A stretch of 64,000 bases of DNA. Origin: Thermodesulfobacteriota bacterium (GTDB taxonomy: Bacteria > Desulfobacterota_D > UBA1144 > Nemesobacterales > UBA2774). The stretch lies in contig OZ244197.1 of the NCBI GenBank assembly GCA_965216785.1, positions 1,344,001 through 1,408,000 of the forward strand, given 5' to 3'. Position numbers and translations under genes: made by a program. The notes below the pieces were generated by a model. The model was not told the DNA's origin, searched no databases, and saw nothing but the letters and a program-made list of their open reading frames with translations. Shown here piece by piece: positions 24,757-34,354 of this stretch (position 1 is the first letter of the stretch; every line of letters begins with the position of its first letter).

Positions 24757-26310
24757 ATGAGAAACTCGATAACCGGCGCGCGCGATCTATGGAAATCCAG
24801 AACAGGTCTCATACTTGCCATGGCCGGAGCGGCTATTGGTCTTGGCAACTTTCTACGCTTTCCGGTACAGGCGGCTGAAAACGGCGGCGGCGCATTCATG
24901 GTGCCCTATATCATCGCGTTTTTTCTCGTCGGAATACCGCTTATGTGGGCTGAATGGGCAATGGGGCGGTACGGAGGGCAGAGAGGGCACGGTACGACTC
25001 CAAAGGTGTTTGAGCTTTTGTGGAAGCATCCGGCAGCGAAATTCGTCGGGGTGCTCGGTCTTTGGATCCCGCTTGTAGTTTCGATCTATTACATATATAT
25101 AGAGTCCTGGACGCTTGGATACTCGATTCATTTCCTTCTGGGCTCATCCCCAAAGCTTGCAGACGGGGCTTACTCGGCTCAGGAGTATGTGGAGCCTTTC
25201 AGTAACTTTTTGGGCTCCTATATCGGCTCCTCGGAGGGCGGGAGTTTTTTTAGTCCCTCTCTGATGGCCTACGGCGCGTTCGCCGCTACGCTCGCGGCTA
25301 ACTTTTACATACTGCTAAGGGGTATTTCACGGGGTGTGGAGATTTTCGCGAAATTCGCTCTGCCGGTGCTTTTTATCATGGCGCTGGTACTTTTGGTTCG
25401 CGTGCTCACCATTAAAACCCCAAGCGGCACCGCGTGGGACGGGCTGAATTTCCTGTGGAACCCCGATTTCAGGGCTCTTATGAACCCTGGGGTATGGGTA
25501 GCGGCCGCGGGACAGATATTCTTTACCCTGAGCCTAGGGTTCGGGGCAATGATTACATACGCTTCCTACATAAAGCCCAAACAGGATATCGCGCTTACGG
25601 GTCTTACCTCGGCTACCCTTAACGAGACGGCTGAGATTGTGTTGGGAGGTACAATCGCAATACCCGCCGCTGTGGCTTTCTTCGGAATAGCCGGTGCTGT
25701 TTCCATAGCGCAGTCGGGCGCGTTCAGTCTAGGGTTTATAAGCCTCCCCGCTATATTCGCAAGTATGCCCGCGGGACAATTCCTTGGGTTTTTGTGGTTC
25801 TTTCTTCTCTTTTTTGCAGCACTCACATCTTCTGTCTCAATCACTCAGCCGGTGATCACATTTTTTCAGGACGAGTTCGGTATCAGGAGATCGAGCTCTG
25901 TGATAATAACAATGCTCATAATGTGCGTCAGTGTTTTAATGGTGATATTCGTAAACCAAACGCTTGACGAGTGGGACTTCTGGGCGGGCACGATAGGGGT
26001 GGTGCTTCTGGGGTTCTTGGAAATACTGATCTTTATGTGGGCTTTTGGAGGCGAGAAGGCCTGGGCCGAGATAAACCGCGACGGATTAATTAAGGTGCCC
26101 CGGTTTTTCTACTATATACTCCGCTACGTTACACCATTGTTTTTGCTTATAATACTGGCTTGGTGGAGCGTCGAGCTTTTGCCTAATCAGCTTCAGAAAA
26201 CAAGCTGGACCATTTGGGCCTCTCGCGCTTACCTGGTATTTCTCTTTTTATTTCTGGGTGTTATGGTATTTATAGCCAACAGGAGGAATTCCCGCAACAA
26301 TGGAGCTTGA
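24757..26310 (+). CDS. NSS family sodium-dependent amino acid transporter (LeuT-like)
   Basis: [34 protein letters not shown]. Confidence 0.95.
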   Translation: MRNSITGARDLWKSRTGLILAMAGAAIGLGNFLRFPVQAAENGGGAFMVPYIIAFFLVGIPLMWAEWAMGRYGGQRGHGTTPKVFELLWKHPAAKFVGVLGLWIPLVVSIYYIYIESWTLGYSIHFLLGSSPKLADGAYSAQEYVEPFSNFLGSYIGSSEGGSFFSPSLMAYGAFAATLAANFYILLRGISRGVEIFAKFALPVLFIMALVLLVRVLTIKTPSGTAWDGLNFLWNPDFRALMNPGVWVAAAGQIFFTLSLGFGAMITYASYIKPKQDIALTGLTSATLNETAEIVLGGTIAIPAAVAFFGIAGAVSIAQSGAFSLGFISLPAIFASMPAGQFLGFLWFFLLFFAALTSSVSITQPVITFFQDEFGIRRSSSVIITMLIMCVSVLMVIFVNQTLDEWDFWAGTIGVVLLGFLEILIFMWAFGGEKAWAEINRDGLIKVPRFFYYILRYVTPLFLLIILAWWSVELLPNQLQKTSWTIWASRAYLVFLFLFLGVMVFIANRRNSRNNGA

Positions 26311-26401
26311 CGCGCTTTTATTCATGCTGTTTTCCTGGGGATTTGCGCTCGGGATATTAACTTTTTGCGTAGTGACCCTTTCTAAGCACAGAGGGGAGTG
26401 A
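26300..26401 (+). CDS. MetS-like small subunit of the NSS transporter (33 aa)
   Basis: [33 protein letters not shown], one TM helix; overlaps the transporter stop; AGGAGG upstream. Confidence 0.7.
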   Translation: MELDALLFMLFSWGFALGILTFCVVTLSKHRGE

Positions 26402-26436
26402 CTTACGCTTGCCATGCGAGGCGTAAGAGCCTGTCC

Positions 26437-27231
26437 TTACTGCTTGTAAAACTTCTTCTCCCACTCTTTGTGTTTTCCTTCGGCCTCTTTAATGAAAGGC
26501 GCAAATGCCGCGGCGTTGACCACAAGGTCGTTTAGAAGATTGAACGGGAATTTAACGGGTCGCACGAAGTCCACGAATAAAACGGCCCTGAAGCCGTCCG
26601 TATCGTTCCAGACCTGGTGAAAGTACGTGTCGTCGAATATAATGCTTTCCCCTTCGTCCCAGTTCTTTATCTCTTTGTCTATCTGTATGCGGCATTTCTC
26701 TTTAGGCTGGGGCACAAGTAGTCCCAGATGGTAACGGAGAACTCCGTTATAAGGGCCTTTGTGGAGCGGAATATGCTTGTTCGGAGAAAGTATGGAGAAG
26801 AATGCCGTTTTCATGCCCGGGATCTTATTCAGAAGCTTTGTGGTCTCGGGGCACCTTTTGGCGTTCTCTTCGCTCGCCAGACCGTATCCTGCGAGAAAAT
26901 AGGTCTTCCACATGTTGTCTGAGGTTATGGTTGTTACCTGAGGCATAATATCGTGAAAACTCGGGAGGTCTTCACGTCTTTCCATGACCGCGTCGAGCTC
27001 TTTACGTATAACCTCCCAGTTCTTCTCGAGCTCAAGCGCCCAAGGGAAGGTTTTATTTTCATATATCGGGGGGTTGCCGTGTTTTGCAAATTTGACGTTT
27101 GTTTTTTCAACCATCCGGAGAAAGGCCGATATTAGTCCGGGTGCAAATTCCTTTTGGTCATAATCGGCGGGAGAGGGCTTTTCTCTTTCCTCGCCTACTT
27201 CCAGCTTTATGTCTTCATTTTTATCGCTCAT
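26437..27231 (-). CDS. aspartyl/asparaginyl beta-hydroxylase family (AspH/LpxO-like) dioxygenase
   Basis: FFSILSP..HIPLHKGP, YHLGL, FDDTYFHQVWN, R.VLFVD. Confidence 0.9.
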   Translation of the reverse strand: MSDKNEDIKLEVGEEREKPSPADYDQKEFAPGLISAFLRMVEKTNVKFAKHGNPPIYENKTFPWALELEKNWEVIRKELDAVMERREDLPSFHDIMPQVTTITSDNMWKTYFLAGYGLASEENAKRCPETTKLLNKIPGMKTAFFSILSPNKHIPLHKGPYNGVLRYHLGLLVPQPKEKCRIQIDKEIKNWDEGESIIFDDTYFHQVWNDTDGFRAVLFVDFVRPVKFPFNLLNDLVVNAAAFAPFIKEAEGKHKEWEKKFYKQ

Positions 27232-27253
27232 GGTTCTTATCCCCGTTGCGTAT

Positions 27254-28591
27254 TTATTTTAATGTGTTCGTATCTGGATTAATTCTCCTGAGTTTAAGTA
27301 TATCCTCTAATTGGTGCAATAAAAACATTACCGCTCCGAGCGTCGTGGCCCCGAGTACCCAGGGGTAACCGCCGAATATCGCGAGCCCTAAAAACGCGAG
27401 AGAATATACGTTCCTTCGGCCCATAGGGCGCACAATCTTGATAAGCTTACGCATGAATGAAGTCTTCTTTACCTCTACGAGCTTATCCACTTCAAAATAT
27501 GCTACCAGGCTCCCCGAATTTGTATACCTTGTGAGGAAATAAAACGACCAAATTACGAAAAATACGAAAATCGATACGTTTATCCCACCCAGAACAAGAG
27601 CGATCTGAGCTCCTGACGTATAGTAATAGCCTATGGGAACACCTATGAGGAATGAAAGCATCGTAAACTGATCCGAAATGGTATCCACCCACTCGCCTTT
27701 CTTGGTCTCCATGAGCTTAACGCGCGCGACCTCTCCGTCGCAGCGGTCGAGTATGGTCGCCGCGTGCAGGCAGAGCGCTCCTATGACCGGGTGGCCTATT
27801 GCGTAGAACACTCCGCAAAGGGCCCCTATAACGTTAATAAGAACGCTTATCATGTTGGGAGTGAGCGGGGTTTTTATGAGAAGCCTGCTTGTGGGAAGGG
27901 AAAACTTGCTATTAATATTTCTGGATATCCACCCTGTAGCCGTTTTGCCCACGGTCGTGAATATCAGGTCTTCCGCTCTTTTCGGCGCGTCCTCCGCCGA
28001 GTCGAGCCTCATCCAGTAGCCGTTCTCGAATCTTTTGTAGCGCACCTTATCCCTTGGTACGAGCTCCTCTACGAGGTTCTTTATAGACATTGAGTTCGTA
28101 ACGGCTTTGTCGAGAAGGGTGTGTGAGGCGATAAACGCCCCTACGGCTCTGCCACCGGTGCTGAACAAGTCGGACACTACTCCAGTGTCTCCCTTAATCC
28201 AGGCGTCTCCCTCCATATCGACCAGGACAGCGATTTCGTCCTCTTTTATATCCTGCCCGCTTTCCTCTGTATCTATGAAGCTCTTTAGCGCTTTTGGAGT
28301 TGTAAGGAGGTTTGACTGAAGAACCAGCGAAGGGCCTTGTTCTGCAGGCAGCTCGGTGCCTAGCTCGTGCCACCTGATTTCACTTTCTATCCTTTTGTCG
28401 CCGTATAGCAGATTTTTTAGGGAATGGTCACCTGGCCGGGTGATTATGGTAAAGATTTTTATCCCGGCTCTTTGGGCGGTAATTACAAGACGTTTTATCT
28501 GTGGGAGAGCCCCGAATACTTCTGACCCGTGGGAGCTCAAACTTTCATCTTCTATACCCGTTCCTGCTGCAACAAGTATTGCATGGTCCAT
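27254..28591 (-). CDS. CDP-alcohol phosphatidyltransferase with a degenerate N-terminal nucleotidyltransferase-like domain
   Basis: TPNMIS and D..DG.VAR.......G...D...D signature; N-terminal AILVAAGTG. Confidence 0.88.
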   Translation of the reverse strand: MDHAILVAAGTGIEDESLSSHGSEVFGALPQIKRLVITAQRAGIKIFTIITRPGDHSLKNLLYGDKRIESEIRWHELGTELPAEQGPSLVLQSNLLTTPKALKSFIDTEESGQDIKEDEIAVLVDMEGDAWIKGDTGVVSDLFSTGGRAVGAFIASHTLLDKAVTNSMSIKNLVEELVPRDKVRYKRFENGYWMRLDSAEDAPKRAEDLIFTTVGKTATGWISRNINSKFSLPTSRLLIKTPLTPNMISVLINVIGALCGVFYAIGHPVIGALCLHAATILDRCDGEVARVKLMETKKGEWVDTISDQFTMLSFLIGVPIGYYYTSGAQIALVLGGINVSIFVFFVIWSFYFLTRYTNSGSLVAYFEVDKLVEVKKTSFMRKLIKIVRPMGRRNVYSLAFLGLAIFGGYPWVLGATTLGAVMFLLHQLEDILKLRRINPDTNTLK

Positions 28592-28598
28592 TTTTTTA

Positions 28599-29372
28599 TC
28601 AGTTCGTTTCTACAACTCTGAGGACCCTTTCCTGATAAGACTTTTTAATGAACTTATCCGAGTTGAATCTGGCTTTAAATAAGTCGTTTGGGTAATCAAC
28701 GTCCATCCAGAACAGATCCCCTATGTCGAGCGACTTTACTTTGTATCCTTTTTTGATAAGCCTGTGAATTGCGGAAATATACCATTTGTTCTCTGCACCG
28801 CCGGTCCTCATCTCTTCCTCTATACCCCTCCGCATGAGTTCGACGCCTGTATCTCTGAACACCCTCACTCCCACGGATTCCGCGGAAGCCCGGTTGGTCA
28901 GGGCCTTGCTTATGTTTACAATTTTACTCTCTTTAATCTCGACTTTCATATCCTCGTCTTCATAAGCGGATTTACGCTTAACCGGAAGACAAATCTTCTC
29001 GTCCCTCATACGGAGCGCCTGCTCGAGCACCTCTATCTCAAACACATCGTCCCCGTTCATGACCACTATGTCGTCGTCCATCTCTCCCCTGGCTATCCAT
29101 AGCGAAATCAGGCTGTTTGTAGTCTGGTAAAACGGGTTGTACAGGGTTTTTATTCTCATTCCGAGCCCGTCATAGTTGCGGAGAAAGTTCTCGACCTTCT
29201 CAAAACCAAATCCCACTACGATCACCACCTCGTCAATACCGCAGTCACGTATATGGTTTATCTGGTGCTCCAGAATAGTTTCTCCACCTATATCAAGCAA
29301 ACACTTTGGGATATATTTTGTGTAAGGGTAGAGCCTTTTTCCTCTACCGGCTGCAAGTATGACCGCTTTCAT
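28599..29372 (-). CDS. LicC/IPCT-like cytidylyltransferase
   Basis: ILAAGRGKRL, PKCLL, YNPFY..TNSL.SLW, NGD, W.DVD..DL. Confidence 0.88.
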   Translation of the reverse strand: MKAVILAAGRGKRLYPYTKYIPKCLLDIGGETILEHQINHIRDCGIDEVVIVVGFGFEKVENFLRNYDGLGMRIKTLYNPFYQTTNSLISLWIARGEMDDDIVVMNGDDVFEIEVLEQALRMRDEKICLPVKRKSAYEDEDMKVEIKESKIVNISKALTNRASAESVGVRVFRDTGVELMRRGIEEEMRTGGAENKWYISAIHRLIKKGYKVKSLDIGDLFWMDVDYPNDLFKARFNSDKFIKKSYQERVLRVVETN

Positions 29373-29454
29373 GTTCTCTTCTCCGCTTTAGAAGGATATA
29401 TTCGATGCCGTAAAAAACTTCAGAAAGACTATGGGGAGTGTGAATTGAATACAT
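29344..29454 (-). CDS. putative upstream ORF / leader peptide (36 aa)
   Basis: Perfect SD AGGAGGTG before ATG 29454; first ORF after the TTGACA-17-TATAAA promoter; overlaps the next start codon out of frame. Confidence 0.4.
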   Translation of the reverse strand: MYSIHTPHSLSEVFYGIEYILLKRRREHESGHTCSR

Positions 29455-29690
29455 CTTCACCTCCTTTTCCTCCCTTTAATACTAGCTACAATTTATAACC
29501 TCATTAAGACCTTCTGTCAATATTTCTGATGTAATTTATGCTGTTAAGCTTCATATTTTAACTAAATTCTCGAAATTCCAGTGCTTGATTGTAAAAACGC
29601 CGCGCCTGCCGACTTTCATTCTTACTGGCTAATTATATGGCCGTATGCTGATACTCTACTTTAAAATAAGCTCTTTATCAACTGACACTA

Positions 29691-30080
29691 TTAACTTTTC
29701 GCCACTCTCAGTTGACCTGTATCGGGTTTTATATCTTTTATCTTATTAGCGTCGTCTACATATACGAGCTTGGGCGCGTGGGATTTGCATTCCTCTTCGT
29801 CGTACGAAGAGAAGCTCGCTATGATGAGAATGTCGCCCTTCGTGGCAAGGTGCGCGGCGGCCCCGTTTACGCATATCTCACCCGAGCCCCGCTCTCCCTC
29901 GATCACATAGGTCACAAGTCTGTTCCCGTTTGTAATATTAAATATGTGTACCTGCTCGTAGTGATAGAAGTCGGCTGCGTCCATAAGGTCACGGTCTATC
30001 GTGACGCTCCCCTCGTACTCGAGGTCAGCTTCTGTTACCGTCGCTCTGTGTATTTTAGACTTAAGAAGTGTTCTGTGCAT
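29691..30080 (-). CDS. panD: aspartate 1-decarboxylase
   Basis: [14 protein letters not shown] cleavage site, NGAAA. Confidence 0.97.
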   Translation of the reverse strand: MHRTLLKSKIHRATVTEADLEYEGSVTIDRDLMDAADFYHYEQVHIFNITNGNRLVTYVIEGERGSGEICVNGAAAHLATKGDILIIASFSSYDEEECKSHAPKLVYVDDANKIKDIKPDTGQLRVAKS

Positions 30081-30105
30081 ATCTCTCCCTCGTGAAAATA
30101 ATAAT

Positions 30106-30963
30106 TTAAAGAATGATGTTATCGATGAGCCTGGCTCCTCCCACTCTAGCGGCCACCGCGGCTACGTCTCCGCGGGCGGCTTGTTTCTTGTTCTCGAGCG
30201 TTTCCCCGTCCCTAATTTCCAGATAATCTATGTCCTCTATAGATGACTGCTCAAGCACCTTTTTAGCTCTGTCCACCAGGTTACCGGTCTCGTGATTCCC
30301 GTTTGCAAATTGTGTTTTAATCTCCAGGAGCGCCCTTGAAAGACAAAGCGCCCTCTGGCGGTCTTTATCGCTTAGGTACGCGTTTCTGGAGCTCATCGCA
30401 AGCCCCGTCTGCTCCCTCACGATAGGAAGCCCTATGATCTCGATATCAAGATCGAGGTCCCTTACCATCCTCTGTATTACCTTTAGCTGCTGATAGTCCT
30501 TTTGCCCGAACACGGCAATGTCCGCCTTGACTATATTAAAGAGTTTAAGCACCACTGTGGCAACACCCTTGAAGTGCCCCGGACGAAACGCTCCGCAGAG
30601 CGGCTTTTGGAGCTCCTCCACCTCCACGTATGTCTGAAACCCCGGTGGATAGATCTCCTCCGGCCCGGGTATAAACACAGAGTCTACGCCGATGCCCTCC
30701 ATCTTCTCAAGGTCTCCCTCTCTGTCCCTCGCGTACTTTTCATAATCCTCCCCCGGGCCGAACTGCGCCGGGTTTACGAATATGCTCACGACCAGTACGT
30801 CCGCCCTCTTGCGCGCCTCTCTCATGAGGCTAAGGTGTCCCTCGTGCAATGCGCCCATCGTGGGTACTAGAGCAATAGACTTACCGGCCTTTCTGAGCGC
30901 GTTTGAGTACGCCTTCATCTCCGCCGCGGATTCGATTACGGTGATAGCGCTCTTATTAGTCAT
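30106..30963 (-). CDS. panC: pantoate-beta-alanine ligase
   Basis: [33 protein letters not shown]. Confidence 0.97.
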   Translation of the reverse strand: MTNKSAITVIESAAEMKAYSNALRKAGKSIALVPTMGALHEGHLSLMREARKRADVLVVSIFVNPAQFGPGEDYEKYARDREGDLEKMEGIGVDSVFIPGPEEIYPPGFQTYVEVEELQKPLCGAFRPGHFKGVATVVLKLFNIVKADIAVFGQKDYQQLKVIQRMVRDLDLDIEIIGLPIVREQTGLAMSSRNAYLSDKDRQRALCLSRALLEIKTQFANGNHETGNLVDRAKKVLEQSSIEDIDYLEIRDGETLENKKQAARGDVAAVAARVGGARLIDNIIL

Positions 30964-31756
30964 ATGAATGAGCCTCTTCAGGGAAGGTTCCCTGTCTTAC
31001 CTCACTTATAAACTCTTTTGTAGCGTTTTCCATTGTTTCTCTTACGTTTGCGTACTTCTTTACGAATTTTGGCATAGGCTCGGGGGACAGTCCGACGAGA
31101 TCGTTAATTACGAGCACCTGGCCGTCGCACTCGGGGCCCGCTCCGATTCCTATTGTGGGGATTCTGATCGAGTCCGTAATCTCCGCCGCGAGCCTTCTGG
31201 GGATGCTTTCGAGTACTATCGCGTACGCCCCGGCTTCTTCTGCCTTTTTCGCGAGCTCCTTGAGCTCCTCTGCGTCTTCTGTATCACGTCCCTGTATCTT
31301 GTAGCCGCCCATTTTGTGTACGTCCTGAGGGCGTAGGCCGATGTGCCCCATAACGGGTATGCCTATTTTCTGTATTTCATATATCGTATCTAGGAAGTCC
31401 TCGGTGGTCTCGAGCTTAACGGATCCGGCTCCTGCTTCCTTTATGAACCTGGAGGCGTTTCTCACCGCTTCCTCAGTTGAGAGCTGGTAGGACATAAACG
31501 GCATATCGGCGCAGATGTGCGCGTTGTGGGCGCCCCTGGATACGAGCTTGGTATGGTACACCATCTCGTCCACCGTAACGGAAAGAGTATTGGGCATCCC
31601 CTGTACGACGTTTCCGAGAGAGTCTCCGACGAGGATAATATCCACCCCGGCCTCATCTACTATCCGGGCCGTCCCCGCGTCATAAGCCGTTACCATGACG
31701 ACTTTGTCGCCCCGCTTTTTCATCTCCCGTATTTCAGGCACCGTAATTTTATTCAT
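30956..31756 (-). CDS. panB: 3-methyl-2-oxobutanoate hydroxymethyltransferase
   Basis: TAYD, LVGDS, GHIGL.PQ, IGIGAG, DGQVLV; ATG 31756. Confidence 0.97.
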   Translation of the reverse strand: MNKITVPEIREMKKRGDKVVMVTAYDAGTARIVDEAGVDIILVGDSLGNVVQGMPNTLSVTVDEMVYHTKLVSRGAHNAHICADMPFMSYQLSTEEAVRNASRFIKEAGAGSVKLETTEDFLDTIYEIQKIGIPVMGHIGLRPQDVHKMGGYKIQGRDTEDAEELKELAKKAEEAGAYAIVLESIPRRLAAEITDSIRIPTIGIGAGPECDGQVLVINDLVGLSPEPMPKFVKKYANVRETMENATKEFISEVRQGTFPEEAHSYD

Positions 31757-31774
31757 ATACGCTCTCTTTAAAAT

Positions 31775-31925
31775 AAAAAAAGCCAGATAGGACCGTATTG
31801 TCCCTACTGGCTTATCGTATTCTCTATTTTCCAGGTACGGCCCGCGCAGTGGCAAGTGCCGTCCGATCTATGTTTATTCACCTTGTCCTCCGTCTCGGTC
31901 CCGCACCAGGGATCCAAGCGGTTAC
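31775..31925 (-). ncRNA. pan RNA motif with downstream terminator hairpin in the panB leader
   Basis: Hairpin CCGCUUGGAUCC...GGACCGAGACGG (31921-31890), then GCCAGUAGGGAC...GUCCUAUCUGGC-U7 (31813-31775), directly upstream of panB. Confidence 0.8.
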
Positions 31926-32117
31926 GCTAGGTACTGCTTATATAATAACACAAGCGCACATTTACCTTAAAGAAATTCGGAAAAATGTCAAATGTTTTTG
32001 TATGCTGATGAATGAACGCTCCCTCAGCCCTTAAGCCCGGGGCGAGACTGTTCATGTTTAAATTTGTATGTACAATTATCTCTCCCGGGACTGCAGAGAG
32101 GAGAAAAGATAAAGAAA

Positions 32118-32909
32118 ATGGGACTCACTGTATATCAGGTAGACGCGTTTACATCAGAGCCCTTTAAGGGAAACCCCGCGGGAGTGTGCATTCTTGACGG
32201 GCCCGCCGGGGAAGAGTGGATGCAAAGCGTAGCGCTTGAGATGAATCTTGCGGAGACCGCGTTTCTTTACCCTAGCGGGGAGCGCTATAAACTCCGCTGG
32301 TTCACGCCCACGGTTGAGGTGGACCTGTGCGGTCACGCAACGCTCGCAAGCGCCCACGTGCTTTGGGAAACAGGACAACTCGGGCGTGAAAATAAAGCCG
32401 AATTTGATACCAGGAGCGGGCTTCTTACTGCCTGGACTGAGAACGGCGCTATAGAGATGGACTTTCCGATGGATGAGAGTAAGGAGTGCGCCCTACCCGC
32501 GGAGCTTGCGCGGGCGCTCGGGGTAAAACCGCTGTATACCGGAAAGGCGGCGTTTGACTATATACTCGAGCTTGAGTCAGAAAACGAAGTGCTTGAGCTA
32601 AAACCCGACTTTGATTTGCTGAAAAAGGCTCCGATGCGGGGCGTGATGGTTACGAGTGTGTCCTCGTCAGATAAGTATGATTTCGTCTCCAGGTTTTTCG
32701 CTCCGGGATCGGGCATAGACGAAGACCACGCCACGGGCTCCGCGCACTGCTGCCTCGGCCCTTACTGGGAAAAGCGTCTCGGAAAGAGCGGTCTCAGGGC
32801 GTATCAGGCCTCGCCGAGGGGAGGGGAGATTCTCGTGCGCACAGAAGGCGAAAGGGTAGTCCTTGGCGGAAATGCCGTCACAGTGCTTAAGTGCGAGCTT
32901 TTGGTCTAA
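32118..32909 (+). CDS. PhzF family epimerase
   Basis: QVDAFT..GNPA, ETAF, LRWFTP..EVDLCGHATL, ED.ATGSA. Confidence 0.93.
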   Translation: MGLTVYQVDAFTSEPFKGNPAGVCILDGPAGEEWMQSVALEMNLAETAFLYPSGERYKLRWFTPTVEVDLCGHATLASAHVLWETGQLGRENKAEFDTRSGLLTAWTENGAIEMDFPMDESKECALPAELARALGVKPLYTGKAAFDYILELESENEVLELKPDFDLLKKAPMRGVMVTSVSSSDKYDFVSRFFAPGSGIDEDHATGSAHCCLGPYWEKRLGKSGLRAYQASPRGGEILVRTEGERVVLGGNAVTVLKCELLV

Positions 32910-33015
32910 GCGTTAGTTCCTCACCCTTAGAAAAAGGGAGATGGATAATGAAAACCGCGCTTGAAAATCCCGCAGAATAGTTCATAATAATTCCCCTGTT
33001 CGACGACACTAATTA

Positions 33016-33090
33016 GGCGGCGTAGCCAAGTGGTAAGGCAGCGGTCTGCAAAACCGCAATGCCCCGGTTCGAATCCGGGCGCCGCCTCCA
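33016..33090 (+). tRNA. tRNA-Cys(GCA)
   Basis: Cloverleaf, anticodon arm GCGGT CT GCA AA ACCGC, U73 and CCA. Confidence 0.98.
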
Positions 33091-33102
33091 AATTTCCTCA
33101 AT

Positions 33103-33588
33103 TTAATACGGTTTCCATTGTCCCCCGCAGGCCACGTTGCCAGCTGAAGTAGTGCGGCAGTCCTTTGCCATACCTCCGCAGGCGACCTCTCCTTTACTGG
33201 TAGTTCTGCAATCTTTTGCCTTACCTCCGCAAGCTACATTTCCGGCGGACGTGGTGCGGCACTCCTTGGCAAGCCCGCCGCATGCTACGTTACCGGCTGA
33301 GGTGGTCCTGCACTCTTTCGCAAGCCCGCCGCATGCTACATTACCAGCAGACGTTGTGCGGCACTCGGTAGCCATACCTCCGCAAGCGACCTCGCCTTTA
33401 CTGGTAGTCCGGCACTCTTTGGCCAGCCCCCCGCAGGCTACTTTCCCGTCTGAAGTAGTTCTACAGTCCTTTGAGCCGCAGAACACCAGCCCCTCTTTTA
33501 TTACGCACTCGTTGGCCGATGTAAGCCCGGGAGCGAAAAATAATACGGCTAGTGCTGTAAGACATCCTATTCTGATAAATGTGATCAT
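33103..33588 (-). CDS. secreted Cys-rich protein with seven 17-aa repeats (CRTTSxGxVACGGxAK[ED])
   Basis: SD AAGGAGG, signal peptide ending TSA-N; 51-bp repeats vary mostly at synonymous positions. Confidence 0.85.
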   Translation of the reverse strand: MITFIRIGCLTALAVLFFAPGLTSANECVIKEGLVFCGSKDCRTTSDGKVACGGLAKECRTTSKGEVACGGMATECRTTSAGNVACGGLAKECRTTSAGNVACGGLAKECRTTSAGNVACGGKAKDCRTTSKGEVACGGMAKDCRTTSAGNVACGGQWKPY

Positions 33589-33770
33589 AATGGTGCTTCC
33601 TCCTTGGGGAATAAGGTAAAAGATAAGGAGAGGCATTACCACTAATATTCTGTTAATTCTCTCGACCCCGAAAAAAGCCTGTGGCAGATACGCCTGCTTA
33701 GGGTGAGGTATTTGGAGAGGGTGAGGGATAATGGCACTGATGGGGGCAGACCCACTTGTAATAAAGATAC

Positions 33771-33800
33771 AAAAAAAGGGAGCCGAAGCTCCCCTTTTTT
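33771..33800 (-). terminator. intrinsic terminator, GGGAGC-TTCG-GCTCCC family
   Basis: Same hairpin as after the IPTL genes, flanked by A and T tracts. Confidence 0.85.
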
Positions 33801-33804
33801 ATAA

Positions 33805-33827
33805 TCGATTGCTCTCTTGATAAACGC
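33805..33827. repeat. 23-bp direct repeat, copy 1 (copy 2 at 37992-38014)
   Basis: TCGATTGCTCTCTTGATAAACGC is identical in both, each next to a terminator hairpin. Confidence 0.9.
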
Positions 33828-33864
33828 ACTGAATTACTAAATTAAAAAGCCCAATAAGAAGCGG

Positions 33865-34305
33865 TTAGTGCTTGCATTCCCCCACGGAGCCGGGTTTGCA
33901 CTGCTGGCCGTTAACCCAGTATGTATTGTCGAACCGGGCGCCGTTTAGCTTTGCGCCTCCTATAAGTGACTTTGTCATATAGGCGGACGTAACGTTCGCG
34001 TTTTCAAAATTCACTCCCTGAAGGTTTACGCCCAGTATTGAAGCTCCGTCTAGATTGGCCCCGGATAAATTAGCGCCTTCAAGGTTAGCGTGTGACAGAT
34101 TTGCCCCTGCCAGGTTTGCTTTGCTTAGGTCCGCATCTTTCAAATATGACCCCATCTTATTACATCCCTGCCAGTCAACGCCCGGAGCCGGAGGATCGTC
34201 ACAAGTTGCGAGGGCGGCGGATGAAACCGATAAAACTAATAGGGAAGCGAGCAATGCTCTTTTAATAAACCACAAATAATTTTCGTTCATTATCATAGTC
34301 CTCAT
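33865..34305 (-). CDS. secreted pentapeptide-repeat protein
   Basis: Signal peptide, C....PGVDWQGC cap, A(N/D)L repeats, W.NG..C...S.G.C end. Confidence 0.92.
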   Translation of the reverse strand: MRTMIMNENYLWFIKRALLASLLVLSVSSAALATCDDPPAPGVDWQGCNKMGSYLKDADLSKANLAGANLSHANLEGANLSGANLDGASILGVNLQGVNFENANVTSAYMTKSLIGGAKLNGARFDNTYWVNGQQCKPGSVGECKH

Positions 34306-34354
34306 TTATATAGACTTAGATGCGATCTATAAAAATAGAGGTGCATAGGCGCTC

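Noticed and set aside
33103-33588. 51-bp periodic repeats as a CRISPR array
   Set aside because: The repeats are in-frame coding units with third-position variation and no unique spacers.
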